A stretch of 32,000 bases of DNA, taken from assembly GCF_000017945.1 (NCBI RefSeq), contig NC_009776.1, positions 390,001 through 422,000 of the forward strand, written 5' to 3'. The position numbers and the translations under genes are program-made. Shown here piece after piece: positions 8,864-18,077 of this stretch. Under the pieces are notes generated by a model. The model worked only from the letters and a program-made list of their open reading frames with translations. It was not told the origin of the DNA and searched no databases. The stretch comes from Ignicoccus hospitalis KIN4/I. GTDB lineage: Archaea; Thermoproteota; Thermoprotei_A; Sulfolobales; Ignicoccaceae. How positions within the stretch are numbered: position 1 is the first letter of the stretch; every line of letters begins with the position of its first letter.

Positions 8864-9187
8864 ATGGAGTACATCTACGCGGCGCTCTTGCTGCACGCAG
8901 CTGGTAAGGAGATAACCGAGGACGCCGTGAAGAAGGTGCTGGAGGCGGCGGGCGTCGAAGTGGACGAGACGAGGGTAAAGGCGTTGGTCGCCGCGCTCAG
9001 CGAGGTGAACATAGAGGAGGCGATCAAGAGCGCTGCCTTCCCCGTAGCCGCCGCCCCCGCGGCCGCGCCCGCCGCCGCCGGCGGAGAGGCCAAGGAGGAG
9101 AAGAAGGAAGAGGAAGAAGAGGAGGAGAAGAAGGAGGCCGTCAGCGAGGAGGAGCTCTCCGCCGGCCTGGGAGCCCTCTTCGGCTAA
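8864..9187 (+). CDS. rpl12: 50S ribosomal stalk protein P1 (L12e)
   Basis: [18 protein letters not shown]-terminus, an Ala/Pro hinge, an acidic [11 protein letters not shown] tract and a conserved GLGALFG C-terminus. Confidence 0.93.
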   Translation: MEYIYAALLLHAAGKEITEDAVKKVLEAAGVEVDETRVKALVAALSEVNIEEAIKSAAFPVAAAPAAAPAAAGGEAKEEKKEEEEEEEKKEAVSEEELSAGLGALFG

Positions 9188-9198
9188 AACCCCGCTTT

Positions 9199-9969
9199 TT
9201 GTGTACGCTGGGTGTCGCCTTGAGCTTCGTGCCCCCCGACCACCCCAGGTTCCTTTCCCTAATGTATAGGGAGAGGCTGGTCGAGAAGTTCAAGGAAGGG
9301 GTAGTGGTCGCGCAAGGCTTGATAGCGCACGGGAGGGGAGAGGCCTTCGATTACATACTGGGCGAGCAGACCATCCCCCCGGCCTTGGAGGCCGAAAAGG
9401 CAGCAGCGGCGCTGCTCAAGCTGGCGCGCAAGCCGGTCATAAGCGTCAACGGGAACGCGGCCGCCTTGGTCCCCGGGGAGTTGGTGGAGCTCAGCAAGGC
9501 CCTAAACGCCCCCCTCGAGGTCAACTTGTTCTATAGGTCCGAGGAGAGGGCCAAGAGGATAGCTGAGCTCCTCAAGGCCCACGGGGCGGAGGAGGTCTTG
9601 TGGAGGCCCGACCAAGAGCTGCCGGGGCTTAGCTCCGAGAGGAGGAGGGTGAGCTCCAAGGGCATAGCCTCTGCTGACGTGGTGTTGGTGAGCTTGGAGG
9701 ACGGGGACCGCACGGAAGCGTTGAAGAGGAACGGGAAGAAGGTAATTGCAATAGACTTGAACCCTTTCTCGAGGACCTCCCTAACTGCCGACATAACTAT
9801 AGTTGACAACGTGATTAGGGCAATACCGAACATAACGAAGTTCGTAAAGGCTATGAGCGAGAGGGAGGCGGAGGAGGCTTTGGAGAGGTTCGACAACGCG
9901 AGGAACTTGAGGGAGGTGGTCAAATGGATAAAGAAGTGGCTGGATGCTAAGACTTCAGAGCTCCTCTAG
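9199..9969 (+). CDS. 4-phosphopantoate--beta-alanine ligase (archaeal phosphopantothenate synthetase)
   Basis: PPDHPRFLSL ... GLIAHGRGEAFDYILGE motifs are typical of the archaeal PPS family. The start may be the in-frame TTG at 9220, because a T5 run (9196-9200) after the P1 gene overlaps the track start. Confidence 0.75.
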   Translation: MCTLGVALSFVPPDHPRFLSLMYRERLVEKFKEGVVVAQGLIAHGRGEAFDYILGEQTIPPALEAEKAAAALLKLARKPVISVNGNAAALVPGELVELSKALNAPLEVNLFYRSEERAKRIAELLKAHGAEEVLWRPDQELPGLSSERRRVSSKGIASADVVLVSLEDGDRTEALKRNGKKVIAIDLNPFSRTSLTADITIVDNVIRAIPNITKFVKAMSEREAEEALERFDNARNLREVVKWIKKWLDAKTSELL

Positions 9970-10674
9970 GTGTTTTGCTACCTCCTCCACGGTGAGCTTC
10001 CTCGCGGTCTTGGTGTCCACCGGGACCACTGCAACTTCGTAAAGCTCCGGGTCCTTCTCGCTCTCCGACACTTGTAGGAACGCCTTGAGCACCAGTTTTA
10101 CCAACTCGTCCAAGCTCAGATCGTACTTATAGTTAGCTTCCAAGAATTCCATGAGGATGTGGTGGTTCTGGCCTATGGCCACCGCCTTGTAGCTCATGTA
10201 CTGTCCCGAGGGCTCCGTCATAAACACTTGGGGCTCGTCGTCCACGCCGGCTATTATCAAGGAAACCCCGAAGGGCCTCACTCCCCCGTGCTGGGTGTAC
10301 ACTTGCTTCAGGTCGCTGACTGCCTTGGTGACGTACTCCACCGGGGCGGGCTCGTCGTAGAGGAAGCGGTAGTTGAGGGCCGCCCTCCTGGCCACGTCCA
10401 CCAACACCCTCCCGTCGGCGGCCAAGCCGGCGAAGCTGGTAACTATGTGATCGTCGATGAAGTGTATCTTCTCAAGCTTGTCGAAGTCCACCAGAGTCTG
10501 CACCTTCTTCTTGGAGGCAGCTACGACGACGCCCTCCTTACACTTAGCGCCTATGGTGCTCCAGCCCCTCTTGACGGCCTCGAAGGCGTACTCCACTTGG
10601 TAGAGCTTGCCCTCGGGCGAGAACACGGTTATCGCTCTGTCGTAACCTAACTGGGAGGCCAGGCCGAACGCCAA
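9955..10674 (-). CDS. psmA: proteasome subunit alpha
   Basis: YDRAITVFSPEGKLYQVEYAFEAVKRG N-terminal signature, ~239 aa. Confidence 0.95.
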   Translation of the reverse strand: MAFGLASQLGYDRAITVFSPEGKLYQVEYAFEAVKRGWSTIGAKCKEGVVVAASKKKVQTLVDFDKLEKIHFIDDHIVTSFAGLAADGRVLVDVARRAALNYRFLYDEPAPVEYVTKAVSDLKQVYTQHGGVRPFGVSLIIAGVDDEPQVFMTEPSGQYMSYKAVAIGQNHHILMEFLEANYKYDLSLDELVKLVLKAFLQVSESEKDPELYEVAVVPVDTKTARKLTVEEVAKHLEEL

Positions 10675-10719
10675 CGCTCGTTACCCAAAAACGGGACGCG
10701 GGGGAACGAGTATAAATTA

Positions 10720-12339
10720 TCACGAGTGCAGCTTCTTCAAGAACTCCTCGCTGCCCGTGTCGGAAGTTAACTTGCTCACTACGATGCCGGCTATGAAGGA
10801 CGCCGGCACGCTGTACAGCGCGGGTTGTACGAGCACCGGTATAGGGCCTAAGGCCTTGGTGCCCGAAAGCCTCAGCAGCACGAAGAGGACCGACGTCAAG
10901 AGGCCAACCAGCATCGACGCCACCGCGCCGCTCCTAGTGAACTTGTCCCACCACAAGTTCATTATGAGCGTGGTCGCGAACGAGCTGGCAGCTATTCCGA
11001 AGGCCAACACCACTAGGTAGGAGACGTCGAAGCCCTTCAGGAGGAGGCCGCCCACTATCGCTACCGCCCCCACTCCCAAGGCCACCAACCTCGCGACGAA
11101 CAGCTGCTCCTCCTCGCTGGCCTTCCCCTTCCTCACTATGTTAGCGTACAAGTCGTAGGCGACGCTGTTCGTGGCGGCAACCATTAGCCCGCCCACGGTG
11201 GAGAGTATCGCAGCGAAGGCGCCGGCCGCCGCCAGTCCCATCAAGAGCTCCCCGCCCAGTAGCTTTCCGCTCATGACCACAGGCATGTTCTTCGCCCACG
11301 GCACGTAACCGGTAACCAGCCAGTTAGTGATTACGTAGAAGAGCGCCGTGCCGGCGGCGAAGCCCACGAATATAGAGAACAAGTAGAAGAGGCCTATGTT
11401 GAATATCGCCCCTACCGTACCCTTCCGGGCGTCGGAGGGCTTGGGGACGGTGTAGAAGTAGACCAGCACGTGCGGCAGGCCCACGGTGCCCATTATTATT
11501 CCCAAGGCGAGGCTGAACTGGTTCCACACGTCCCTCGCGAACGCGCCCGGCTGGGGGAGCCTCGGCAGTTCGGGGTTCTTTTGCAAGACTTCCTCCGCGG
11601 CCTTCAAGCTCTCTTGGAGGGCGGTCCTAAAGGTGATCTGGTTTACGTCTATCTCTTTGGGCTCGAAGTACTTCTTAGCTAAGGCCGGCGGGGGGACCTT
11701 CCAAGAGCTCTCCAGCAAGTTCGAAGGGCCACCGAAGGCGACCATGTAGGCCGCGAATATTAGCAACATGGAGAACCACAACACCAGCGCTTGGAACACT
11801 TGGCTGTACAAGGTGGACCTTATACCTCCCAACATCACCACGAGGACTACTATAGCACCCACCACGACTACTGCTACGTGGTAGGGCCAGTCTAGCAACA
11901 AGCTCATGAGGGAGCCGGCGCCTATCATTTGGGGAATCATGTAGAATACCGAGATGATCACCGTGGCTATCATCGCTAGCGCCCTGAGCTCCGGGGCGCC
12001 GGAGAACCTCTCGGTCAAGATGTCAGCGACTGTGAACTTTCCTACCTTCCTAATGTATTCCGCTGCCACGAGTAAGACCAAGACCCACCCGGCGAAGTAT
12101 CCTATGGGGTCCCAGACCCTATCCAGCCCGAAGTTGCTTATCCCCCCGGCGACGCCCAAGAAGGAGGCCGCGCTCAAGTAGTTAGAGGTCAAGGCCCACG
12201 CTATGAGTATCCAAGGCACGGAGCGTCCGGCGGCGTAGAAGTCTTGGACGCTCCTAACCCTCCGGTAGCTCCACCACGCGATGCCCATGGTAACTATGGC
12301 AACGATTATAACCATTATGAGAGCTACTACGGAGAACAT
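10720..12339 (-). CDS. sodium:solute symporter family (SSS) transporter
   Basis: Polytopic membrane protein of ~540 aa with SSS-like organisation. The ATG at 12339 shares one base with the TGA of the upstream small ORF (ATGA coupling). The track start at 12387 encodes an implausible Arg/Gly-rich leader. Confidence 0.85.
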   Translation of the reverse strand: MFSVVALIMVIIVAIVTMGIAWWSYRRVRSVQDFYAAGRSVPWILIAWALTSNYLSAASFLGVAGGISNFGLDRVWDPIGYFAGWVLVLLVAAEYIRKVGKFTVADILTERFSGAPELRALAMIATVIISVFYMIPQMIGAGSLMSLLLDWPYHVAVVVVGAIVVLVVMLGGIRSTLYSQVFQALVLWFSMLLIFAAYMVAFGGPSNLLESSWKVPPPALAKKYFEPKEIDVNQITFRTALQESLKAAEEVLQKNPELPRLPQPGAFARDVWNQFSLALGIIMGTVGLPHVLVYFYTVPKPSDARKGTVGAIFNIGLFYLFSIFVGFAAGTALFYVITNWLVTGYVPWAKNMPVVMSGKLLGGELLMGLAAAGAFAAILSTVGGLMVAATNSVAYDLYANIVRKGKASEEEQLFVARLVALGVGAVAIVGGLLLKGFDVSYLVVLAFGIAASSFATTLIMNLWWDKFTRSGAVASMLVGLLTSVLFVLLRLSGTKALGPIPVLVQPALYSVPASFIAGIVVSKLTSDTGSEEFLKKLHS

Positions 12340-12548
12340 CACTCCTCGCCCCCGGCCTTGAGCGCGTAATACGCTACCACGCCCCAAGTTATCGGGAACA
12401 TTAGGAGCGCGTAGGCCAAGCCCACCGAGAGGCCTCCGAAGAGCGGGGCGCCGGCGAGTCCCTTGAAGGCTCCGAAGAGCAATGCCATGCCGAAGTACAC
12501 TACTAAGTACGGCGCCAACAACTTCAGTATCAAGGCCCTCCTACTCAT
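12339..12548 (-). CDS. small two-TM membrane protein, putative symporter accessory subunit
   Basis: 69 aa with two hydrophobic helices. Translationally coupled to the SSS gene, as seen for small subunits encoded upstream of SSS permeases. Confidence 0.55.
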   Translation of the reverse strand: MSRRALILKLLAPYLVVYFGMALLFGAFKGLAGAPLFGGLSVGLAYALLMFPITWGVVAYYALKAGGEE

Positions 12549-12627
12549 CCCTCACTCTCCTCGCAAGCTGTACTTTCTCTCCTACACTTAAATTCTCTAG
12601 TGTTGTAAGGATTGCGGGTAAGCGGGC

Positions 12628-13050
12628 TTGGTAGACTTCTTGTTGGCCTACGACGGCTCGTCCCCGGCGAAGAAGGCTCTGGAGGAGGCGGCGTGGCTGG
12701 CTAAAGAGCTAAAGGGCAAGGTCTACGTCCTCTACGTCGTAGACACCAACGCCCTCACCGAGGTCTTCCCCGATTACACCGGCGAGGTCGCTGAAATAGC
12801 ATTGAACAAGGCTAAGGAAGTGGTAAACGAGGCGGTGGAGGCGCTGAGGAAGGAGGGGGTAGAGGCGGAGGGGCTTGTGGAGGCCGGGAGCGTCGCGGAG
12901 AAGATCGTAGAGGTGGCAAAGTCTAAAAACGTGAAATATATAATAATGGGGGCCCACGGGTACAGCGGAATAAAGAAGCTCTTAATAGGTAGCGTTTCTG
13001 ACAAGGTGATAAGGCTCAGCGACAGGCCCGTCTTGGTGGTCAAAGGTTAA
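12628..13050 (+). CDS. universal stress protein (UspA family)
   Basis: ~140 aa with YVLYVVD ... MGAHGYSGIKKLLIGSVSDKVIRLSDRPVLVV, the canonical Usp ATP-binding C-terminal motif. Confidence 0.9.
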   Translation: MVDFLLAYDGSSPAKKALEEAAWLAKELKGKVYVLYVVDTNALTEVFPDYTGEVAEIALNKAKEVVNEAVEALRKEGVEAEGLVEAGSVAEKIVEVAKSKNVKYIIMGAHGYSGIKKLLIGSVSDKVIRLSDRPVLVVKG

Positions 13051-13135
13051 GGAGAAGCTTAAGGCCTTCGCGGAGCTCATCAGAATAGAACATACTCTCT
13101 TCAGCCTCCCCTTCGCCTACTCCGGAGCGGTACTC

Positions 13136-13915
13136 GTGAGGCCGCCGACCTTAAAGGAGGCGGTGCTCGTATTCACGGCCCTCTTCGGGATAAGGAGCTT
13201 CGCCCTGGCGGTTAACAATATAGTGGACATGGAGATAGACGCGAAGAACCCGAGGACCGCGAAGAGACCCTTGCCCAGCGGGAGGGTGAGCGTTAGGGAG
13301 GCGTGGGCCCTCGCCCTCGTCTCCTTATTTATATACTTCGTTTCCGCGTACTTGTTGAACGTGTACGCCCTCCTCCTCAGCCCGATATTCCCCATAATGG
13401 CCTACGTTTACCCTTACATAAAGAGAAAGTACCCGATAGCTCACTTCTGGCTCGGGAGCGTCCTGGGGGGCGCGGTGGTCGGGGGAGCGATAGCCGTTTC
13501 TGGCGACGCGCCCAGCTTGCTCCACGCCCTCCTCTCCGTCCCTTGGGCTTACGTAGCGGCGGTCGCTTGTTGGGTTGCCTCCTTCGACGTCTTGTACGCG
13601 GTCTTGGACGTGGAGTTCGACAGGAAAGAGGGGCTCCACAGCCTCCCGGCGGACTTCGGAGTGGAGAGGGCCTTGCGCGTGTCGAAGGCTTGCGCCCTCG
13701 CCTTCGCTTGGCTGGCTATATGGTCGGTGAAGCTCTACTCACTGAACGCGGCCTCCGCAGCCCTCACCGCCGCGGGCTTGGCATTGCTCTTCGAGCTCTT
13801 CGGGGAGGCGAGGAAGGACGTCGTAGGGGCGGCTAGGAGGAGCCTCGACGTCAACATATTGGTGGGACTAGCGGTGGGAGGAGCGCCGTTGCTCAAGCTC
13901 CTCCCCCTCCCGTGA
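13136..13915 (+). CDS. UbiA-family aromatic prenyltransferase (4-hydroxybenzoate polyprenyltransferase-like); true start probably upstream
   Basis: NNIVDMEIDAKNPRTAKRPLPSG (NxxxDxxxD) plus multiple TM helices. The same frame is open back to 13010 and encodes family-typical LIRIEHTLFSLPFAY upstream of the first GTG. Confidence 0.8.
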   Translation: MRPPTLKEAVLVFTALFGIRSFALAVNNIVDMEIDAKNPRTAKRPLPSGRVSVREAWALALVSLFIYFVSAYLLNVYALLLSPIFPIMAYVYPYIKRKYPIAHFWLGSVLGGAVVGGAIAVSGDAPSLLHALLSVPWAYVAAVACWVASFDVLYAVLDVEFDRKEGLHSLPADFGVERALRVSKACALAFAWLAIWSVKLYSLNAASAALTAAGLALLFELFGEARKDVVGAARRSLDVNILVGLAVGGAPLLKLLPLP

Positions 13916-13983
13916 AACTGTTATAACACGCCCACTGAGATATTGGGGGTTCGCGTCCTAATCTTCCCTCCGGGTACGAAGGT

Positions 13984-14709
13984 ATGGAGTTGCTCGTAGG
14001 GGGGTGGAAGCCCTTCTCGCTGGTGGACGTCCAAGGAGCAATTACGTTCACAGTGTGGGCTTGCGGCTGTAACTTGAAGTGCCCGTTCTGCCACAACTGG
14101 AGGCAAGCGGAGTGGATGGACTGTGCCCCGTTCCTCGAGGAGAGGTTCTTGAACGACCTAATGGAGAGCAGAGAGTTCGTCGACTACGTCCACTTGACCG
14201 GCGGCGAGCCCACCTTACAGCCCGAGCTGGTGAAGAAGATATCTAGCTTGAGTAAGTCTAATGGCGTCCCATTCTCTCTCAACACCAACTGCACCACCAA
14301 GCAAGCCTTGGAACTGATACGCTTGGCCGACCACGTGGCGTTCGACGTGAAGGTACCCTTCCCCGCCCTCTCCGGCCTCGACGGGAAGGCCGGGGCCGTC
14401 TGGGAGACCTTCGAGAGGTGTACTGACGAGCTGGCCAAGAGCGGCAAGCCGGTCGAAATAAGGGTTCCGGTAGCCAAGGGCTTGACGAGTAAACACGTTG
14501 ACGTCGTAAAAAGAATAGTTTACAAGTTTGACCCAGAGAAGGCGAGGGTGGTGGTCAACCCCTTGGTCGGTCCCCCGCTGACCGAGCCCCGCGACGAGGG
14601 GTGGTGCAAGGAGCACTGCTACCCCGGGAGGATGGACGAGGAGGAGGAGCGCTTCTGGGCCTCCCAGTTCCCCGAGTACAAGGTAAAGGTGAAGCGCTGG
14701 ATAGAGTGA
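13984..14709 (+). CDS. radical SAM activating enzyme, anaerobic RNR-activase (NrdG)-like family
   Basis: SLVDVQGAITFTVWACGCNLKCPFCHNW carries the CxxxCxxC cluster in the NrdG-like context. A GGEPTLQ SAM-binding motif is also present. Confidence 0.82.
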   Translation: MELLVGGWKPFSLVDVQGAITFTVWACGCNLKCPFCHNWRQAEWMDCAPFLEERFLNDLMESREFVDYVHLTGGEPTLQPELVKKISSLSKSNGVPFSLNTNCTTKQALELIRLADHVAFDVKVPFPALSGLDGKAGAVWETFERCTDELAKSGKPVEIRVPVAKGLTSKHVDVVKRIVYKFDPEKARVVVNPLVGPPLTEPRDEGWCKEHCYPGRMDEEEERFWASQFPEYKVKVKRWIE

Positions 14710-14840
14710 GTTAGGAATTCCGAACTGAACTGTCGTCGAACGCCTCTCCGGGCCTTTTGAGGTCGGGGGCCTTAGGGCGTCGTAAGCCGAACATCCTGAC
14801 TTTTTATGCAACCGTTCCCAGAACCTCACGGAAGAGAGCC

Positions 14841-15545
14841 ATGCCGGGACAGATCCCCCTGATAGGCGAGAAGCTTCCGGAGATGGTGGTTCACACCGAC
14901 CACGGCCCCAAGAAGCTCCCCGACGACTACAAGGGTAAGTGGCTGGTGATCTTCAGCCACCCCGCCGACTTCACGCCGGTATGTACCACCGAGTTCGTAG
15001 CGTTCGCGAAGAGGTACGAGGACTTCAAGAAGCTCAACACCGAGCTGCTGGGCCTCAGCGTGGACAACAGCTTCAGCCACATCAAGTGGAAGGAGTGGAT
15101 AAAGGAGAAGCTCAACGTCGAGATACCGTTCCCGATAATCGCCGACCCGCTGGGCCAAGTGGCCACCAAGCTAGGGATGCTCCACCCCGAGGGCGGCGTA
15201 GTGACTGTAAGGGCGGTGTTCATAGTTGACCCCGAAGGGAAGGTTAGGGCGATACTCTACTACCCGCTGAACGTCGGCAGGAACATAGACGAGATACTGA
15301 GGCTGCTGAAGGCGCTACAAGTGACCGACAAGCTCGGAAGGGCCACCCCGGCCAACTGGCCGTGCAACGAGATAGTCAAGGACCACGTGATAGTTCCGCC
15401 CGCATCCACCGAGCAGGAGGCGAAGGAGAGGTTGCAGAAGTACGAGTGCTTCGACTGGTGGTTCTGCCACGAGAAGGCCCCCGCGGAGGACGTGGAGGAG
15501 GCCAAGAAGTTCCTCGAGAGGCCCGCCAAGGAGCTCTGCAAGTAA
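14841..15545 (+). CDS. peroxiredoxin (archaeal Prx6/1-Cys-like)
   Basis: IGEKLPEM ... [19 protein letters not shown] peroxidatic Cys motif. The ATG at 14841 is preceded by a T-rich box near 14800. The track start at 14757 is too far upstream. Confidence 0.93.
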   Translation: MPGQIPLIGEKLPEMVVHTDHGPKKLPDDYKGKWLVIFSHPADFTPVCTTEFVAFAKRYEDFKKLNTELLGLSVDNSFSHIKWKEWIKEKLNVEIPFPIIADPLGQVATKLGMLHPEGGVVTVRAVFIVDPEGKVRAILYYPLNVGRNIDEILRLLKALQVTDKLGRATPANWPCNEIVKDHVIVPPASTEQEAKERLQKYECFDWWFCHEKAPAEDVEEAKKFLERPAKELCK

Positions 15546-15551
15546 CTCCCG

Positions 15552-15557
15552 TTTTTT
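15552..15557 (+). terminator. T6 tract directly after the peroxiredoxin stop (archaeal oligo-T terminator candidate)
   Basis: The stop TAA at 15543-15545 is followed by CTCCCGTTTTTTCTC. Confidence 0.45.
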
Positions 15558-15623
15558 CTCACGTTTATCGTTTCCCTCCTATCCCGTTCGTTCAAGCGCG
15601 CTCCTCGATGAAGCCCCTTATCC

Positions 15624-15650
15624 CCTCACCGAAGGTCCCCTTCGGTGAGG
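15624..15650. promoter_or_regulatory. perfect 12-bp inverted repeat with 3-nt loop between prx and the cmr operon
   Basis: CCTCACCGAAGG-tcc-CCTTCGGTGAGG, verified base by base. It lies about 30 nt upstream of the TATA-like box at 15681. Confidence 0.5.
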
Positions 15651-15680
15651 AGTGCACCGGTTGCTGAGGGGTCGGAAGGC

Positions 15681-15688
15681 AATTATAG
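15681..15688 (+). promoter_or_regulatory. TATA-box-like element for the cmr operon
   Basis: AATTATAG lies 33-40 nt upstream of the GTG at 15721. Confidence 0.4.
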
Positions 15689-15720
15689 CTCACTAAAACG
15701 AGAACTGGTGGGAACTCATT

Positions 15721-16551
15721 GTGGCGGAGGAGCTTGTCCCAGCCCTCATGAGCGCCTTGACCCACGTCCACGTAGGCGCCGGGAGGAGCCCGGGGACGGT
15801 GGACCAACCAATAATTAAGGACCCTATGGGAATACCCTTCATCCCCGGCTCCTCTGTCAAGGGCGCGCTCAAGAGCGAGGCCTTGCTCTCGAGGGGCTGC
15901 GCGGAGTGCCCCAAGCCGGGGGAGGACGACGAGGAGTGCGAGAGGCTCTGCTGTCTCTTAGGCCCGGACGACGGGGAGAAGGGGGCCTCTAGGATAGTGG
16001 TCGCCGACTTCTACCCCCTCCTCGTCCCGCTCCCCTCCTTGGACAAGGGCTTCATTTACATAACTTCGGAATTGTTGTTGGGGCGCGCGGAGAGCGTGGG
16101 CTTAACCGAGGAGGCGTTGAAGGTAAGGGAACTCGGTGAGGAGAGGGTATTCGTGGGGACCGAGCCGTACGTCTTGAAGAAGGTGAAATTTGAGGGCGAG
16201 GCGGTCCTCTCCCTCCACCCGTTCTTAAAGAAGAGGGGCGGGGAGGCCTACTTGGTGGACGAGGAGAACTTGCCGCTGATGCTGGAAAAGTCCCTCATCA
16301 GGCTCACCAGAGTGAGCCTAGATAGGAAGACTAAGACCGCCGCGAGCGGGAGGCTCTGGACGGAGGAGTACTTGCCCCACGGGACCGTCTTGTCGGGGGC
16401 CTTCGCCTATAGGGGCTGGGAGAACGAGTACTGCCGCTCCGGAGGAGTTGGTAACTGGAAACGTCTCTTGGGCTTGGAAGGTCCCAAGTCGTTAGTCTTG
16501 GGCGGGAAGGAGACCGTCGGCAAGGGGCTGGTAAGGATAACGTTGGCTTGA
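15721..16551 (+). CDS. cmr4: type III CRISPR RAMP backbone subunit, Cmr4-like (Cas7 family)
   Basis: LTHVHVGAGRSPGTVDQPIIKD..GIPFIPGSSVKGALKS, then RIVVADFYPLLVPLPS..GFIYITS, then RVSLDRKTKTAASGRLWTEEYLP and C-terminal LGGKETVGKGLVRITL. This is the full Cmr4 motif series. The start may be the ATG at 15748. Confidence 0.85.
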   Translation: MAEELVPALMSALTHVHVGAGRSPGTVDQPIIKDPMGIPFIPGSSVKGALKSEALLSRGCAECPKPGEDDEECERLCCLLGPDDGEKGASRIVVADFYPLLVPLPSLDKGFIYITSELLLGRAESVGLTEEALKVRELGEERVFVGTEPYVLKKVKFEGEAVLSLHPFLKKRGGEAYLVDEENLPLMLEKSLIRLTRVSLDRKTKTAASGRLWTEEYLPHGTVLSGAFAYRGWENEYCRSGGVGNWKRLLGLEGPKSLVLGGKETVGKGLVRITLA

Positions 16552-16552
16552 G

Positions 16553-17170
16553 GTGATAGGGATGAGCCGGGCTGAGCGCCTCTCACCCGTGCACTTGGCG
16601 TTGGACCACATCATAAAGATAAACGAACTGTGGAGGGCCATCGTAGCTTCAGAGGAGATGAAGGAGAAGAACCTAGAGGGGTTCGTCCGGAGAGCTAGGC
16701 AGTACCCCTCCCTATTGGCCGCCTCAGGGCTGGTGCCCTCCGTAACGTTCTTCCTCTCCAAAATCATAGACAAGGACAACCCGGACGAGGCCCTGAGGCT
16801 CCTCGTGGAATACTTGACGGCTGAGGACGAGGACAAGGCGAAGGAGATAATGAATAAAATGAGGAGCGAGGCGGAAGCGCTCAACGCTTTGAAGGAGGAC
16901 GCGGGAAAGAAGGAGTCAGAGGGCTACTTGTGGTTCACCGGGGCCTTGCTGGCAGCGCTCTTCGCGTTCTCCGAAGCCGTGGGAATAAAGGTGCAACTGT
17001 CGGACGAGGAACGATTCGTACACGAGGTGGCGACCTTCCTGAGGGGCCTTCAAGAAGGCCGGAAGGAGGCCCTCGTCTTAGAGAGGCTTTTGTTAGAATA
17101 CTCTTCGGAGTTGAAGAACTTGGCTGCGGCTTACGCGGGAGCCGTCTGGGGTGCTAAGGGTGAGGGCTGA
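16553..17170 (+). CDS. cmr5: type III small subunit, Cmr5-like (Cas11), unusually long
   Basis: ARQYPSLLAASGLVPSVTFFLSK matches the Cmr5 core motif. Helical, 205 aa versus the usual ~120-170. Sits between cmr4 and cmr6, 1 nt after the cmr4 stop. Confidence 0.7.
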   Translation: MIGMSRAERLSPVHLALDHIIKINELWRAIVASEEMKEKNLEGFVRRARQYPSLLAASGLVPSVTFFLSKIIDKDNPDEALRLLVEYLTAEDEDKAKEIMNKMRSEAEALNALKEDAGKKESEGYLWFTGALLAALFAFSEAVGIKVQLSDEERFVHEVATFLRGLQEGRKEALVLERLLLEYSSELKNLAAAYAGAVWGAKGEG

Positions 17171-18071
17171 CCTAAAGGCAATTAAAAAATACGTGGACGA
17201 GGTACTGAAAGGAGTCACGCAGGAGAACATGAAGGTCTTGAAGAGGGCCGTGCTGGACGAGCTCCTCAAAATAGATAAGGAGTATTACGAGGAGGCCTTG
17301 AATCTCGCGAAGGAGCTGGCTGAGGCAGTGGAAAGGGGCTTCGAGAAGGCGAACTACTCAGTGGGCCGCTTGGACTTGGCACTTAAGACCGAGGGGCTCG
17401 TGGGCATAGGCTTCGGGGCCCTCAAGGCCGTGTTCGAGGTCGGGCTCAACGTGGACCCGATATTGGGCTTGCCCTACTACCCCGGCTCCGGCATCAAGGG
17501 GGCGGTCAGGGCGTTCTTGGAGGGCTGCGCCCCTTCAGAGGCGGTGGAGCCCTTGTTAGGCAAGAGCGTCGCAGAGGGAGGGCAAGCCTCTAAGGTGATA
17601 TTCGCGGACGCCTACCCGGTGGGGTGCGCGGGGAAGTGCTCCATATTCTACCCCCTGGTCACCACTCCCCACTACTTCGAAGGCGGAAAGGTCGTAGATA
17701 ACGAGCTGAAGGCCAAGCCCGTCCCGGTGGTATACGCCGGGATATCTAGGAACACGGTCTTCAGGCTAATAATAGCGGTGAGGAGGGACGAAGGGGTTAT
17801 AAAGGACGTTCAAAAGCTGAAGGACTCCTTGAAGGATGAGGGGGGCTGCAAGATCATCAAGGGAATATTGGAGAAGGTCCTCTCCTCCGGCGCGGAGGAC
17901 CCTAACCTGCCCTTGAAGGCTCTAGTCCTAATTACAGCTTACGTTATGAGGAGGGGCATAGCGGCCAGGTCGCAGAAGGGCTTCAACGTCTTCGAGCCGT
18001 TGGACAAGGACCTCACTTCCGACGTGGTGTACTGGTTCGACGTGGTGGGGCTTAGGTCCTCGAGAGGGTAG
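17151..18071 (+). CDS. cmr6: type III RAMP subunit, Cmr6-like
   Basis: GLPYYPGSGIKGAVRAFL, KVIFADAYPV, LVTTPHYF....KPVPVVYAGI and C-terminal GIAARSQKGFNVFEP (G-rich loop). Overlaps the cmr5 end by 20 nt. Confidence 0.75.
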   Translation: MLRVRADLKAIKKYVDEVLKGVTQENMKVLKRAVLDELLKIDKEYYEEALNLAKELAEAVERGFEKANYSVGRLDLALKTEGLVGIGFGALKAVFEVGLNVDPILGLPYYPGSGIKGAVRAFLEGCAPSEAVEPLLGKSVAEGGQASKVIFADAYPVGCAGKCSIFYPLVTTPHYFEGGKVVDNELKAKPVPVVYAGISRNTVFRLIIAVRRDEGVIKDVQKLKDSLKDEGGCKIIKGILEKVLSSGAEDPNLPLKALVLITAYVMRRGIAARSQKGFNVFEPLDKDLTSDVVYWFDVVGLRSSRG

Positions 18072-18077
18072 GGACCC

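Noticed and set aside
14215-14829. 204-aa minus-strand ORF
   Set aside because: It is antisense to the radical SAM gene, which has an intact CxxxCxxC motif, and it has no motifs of its own.
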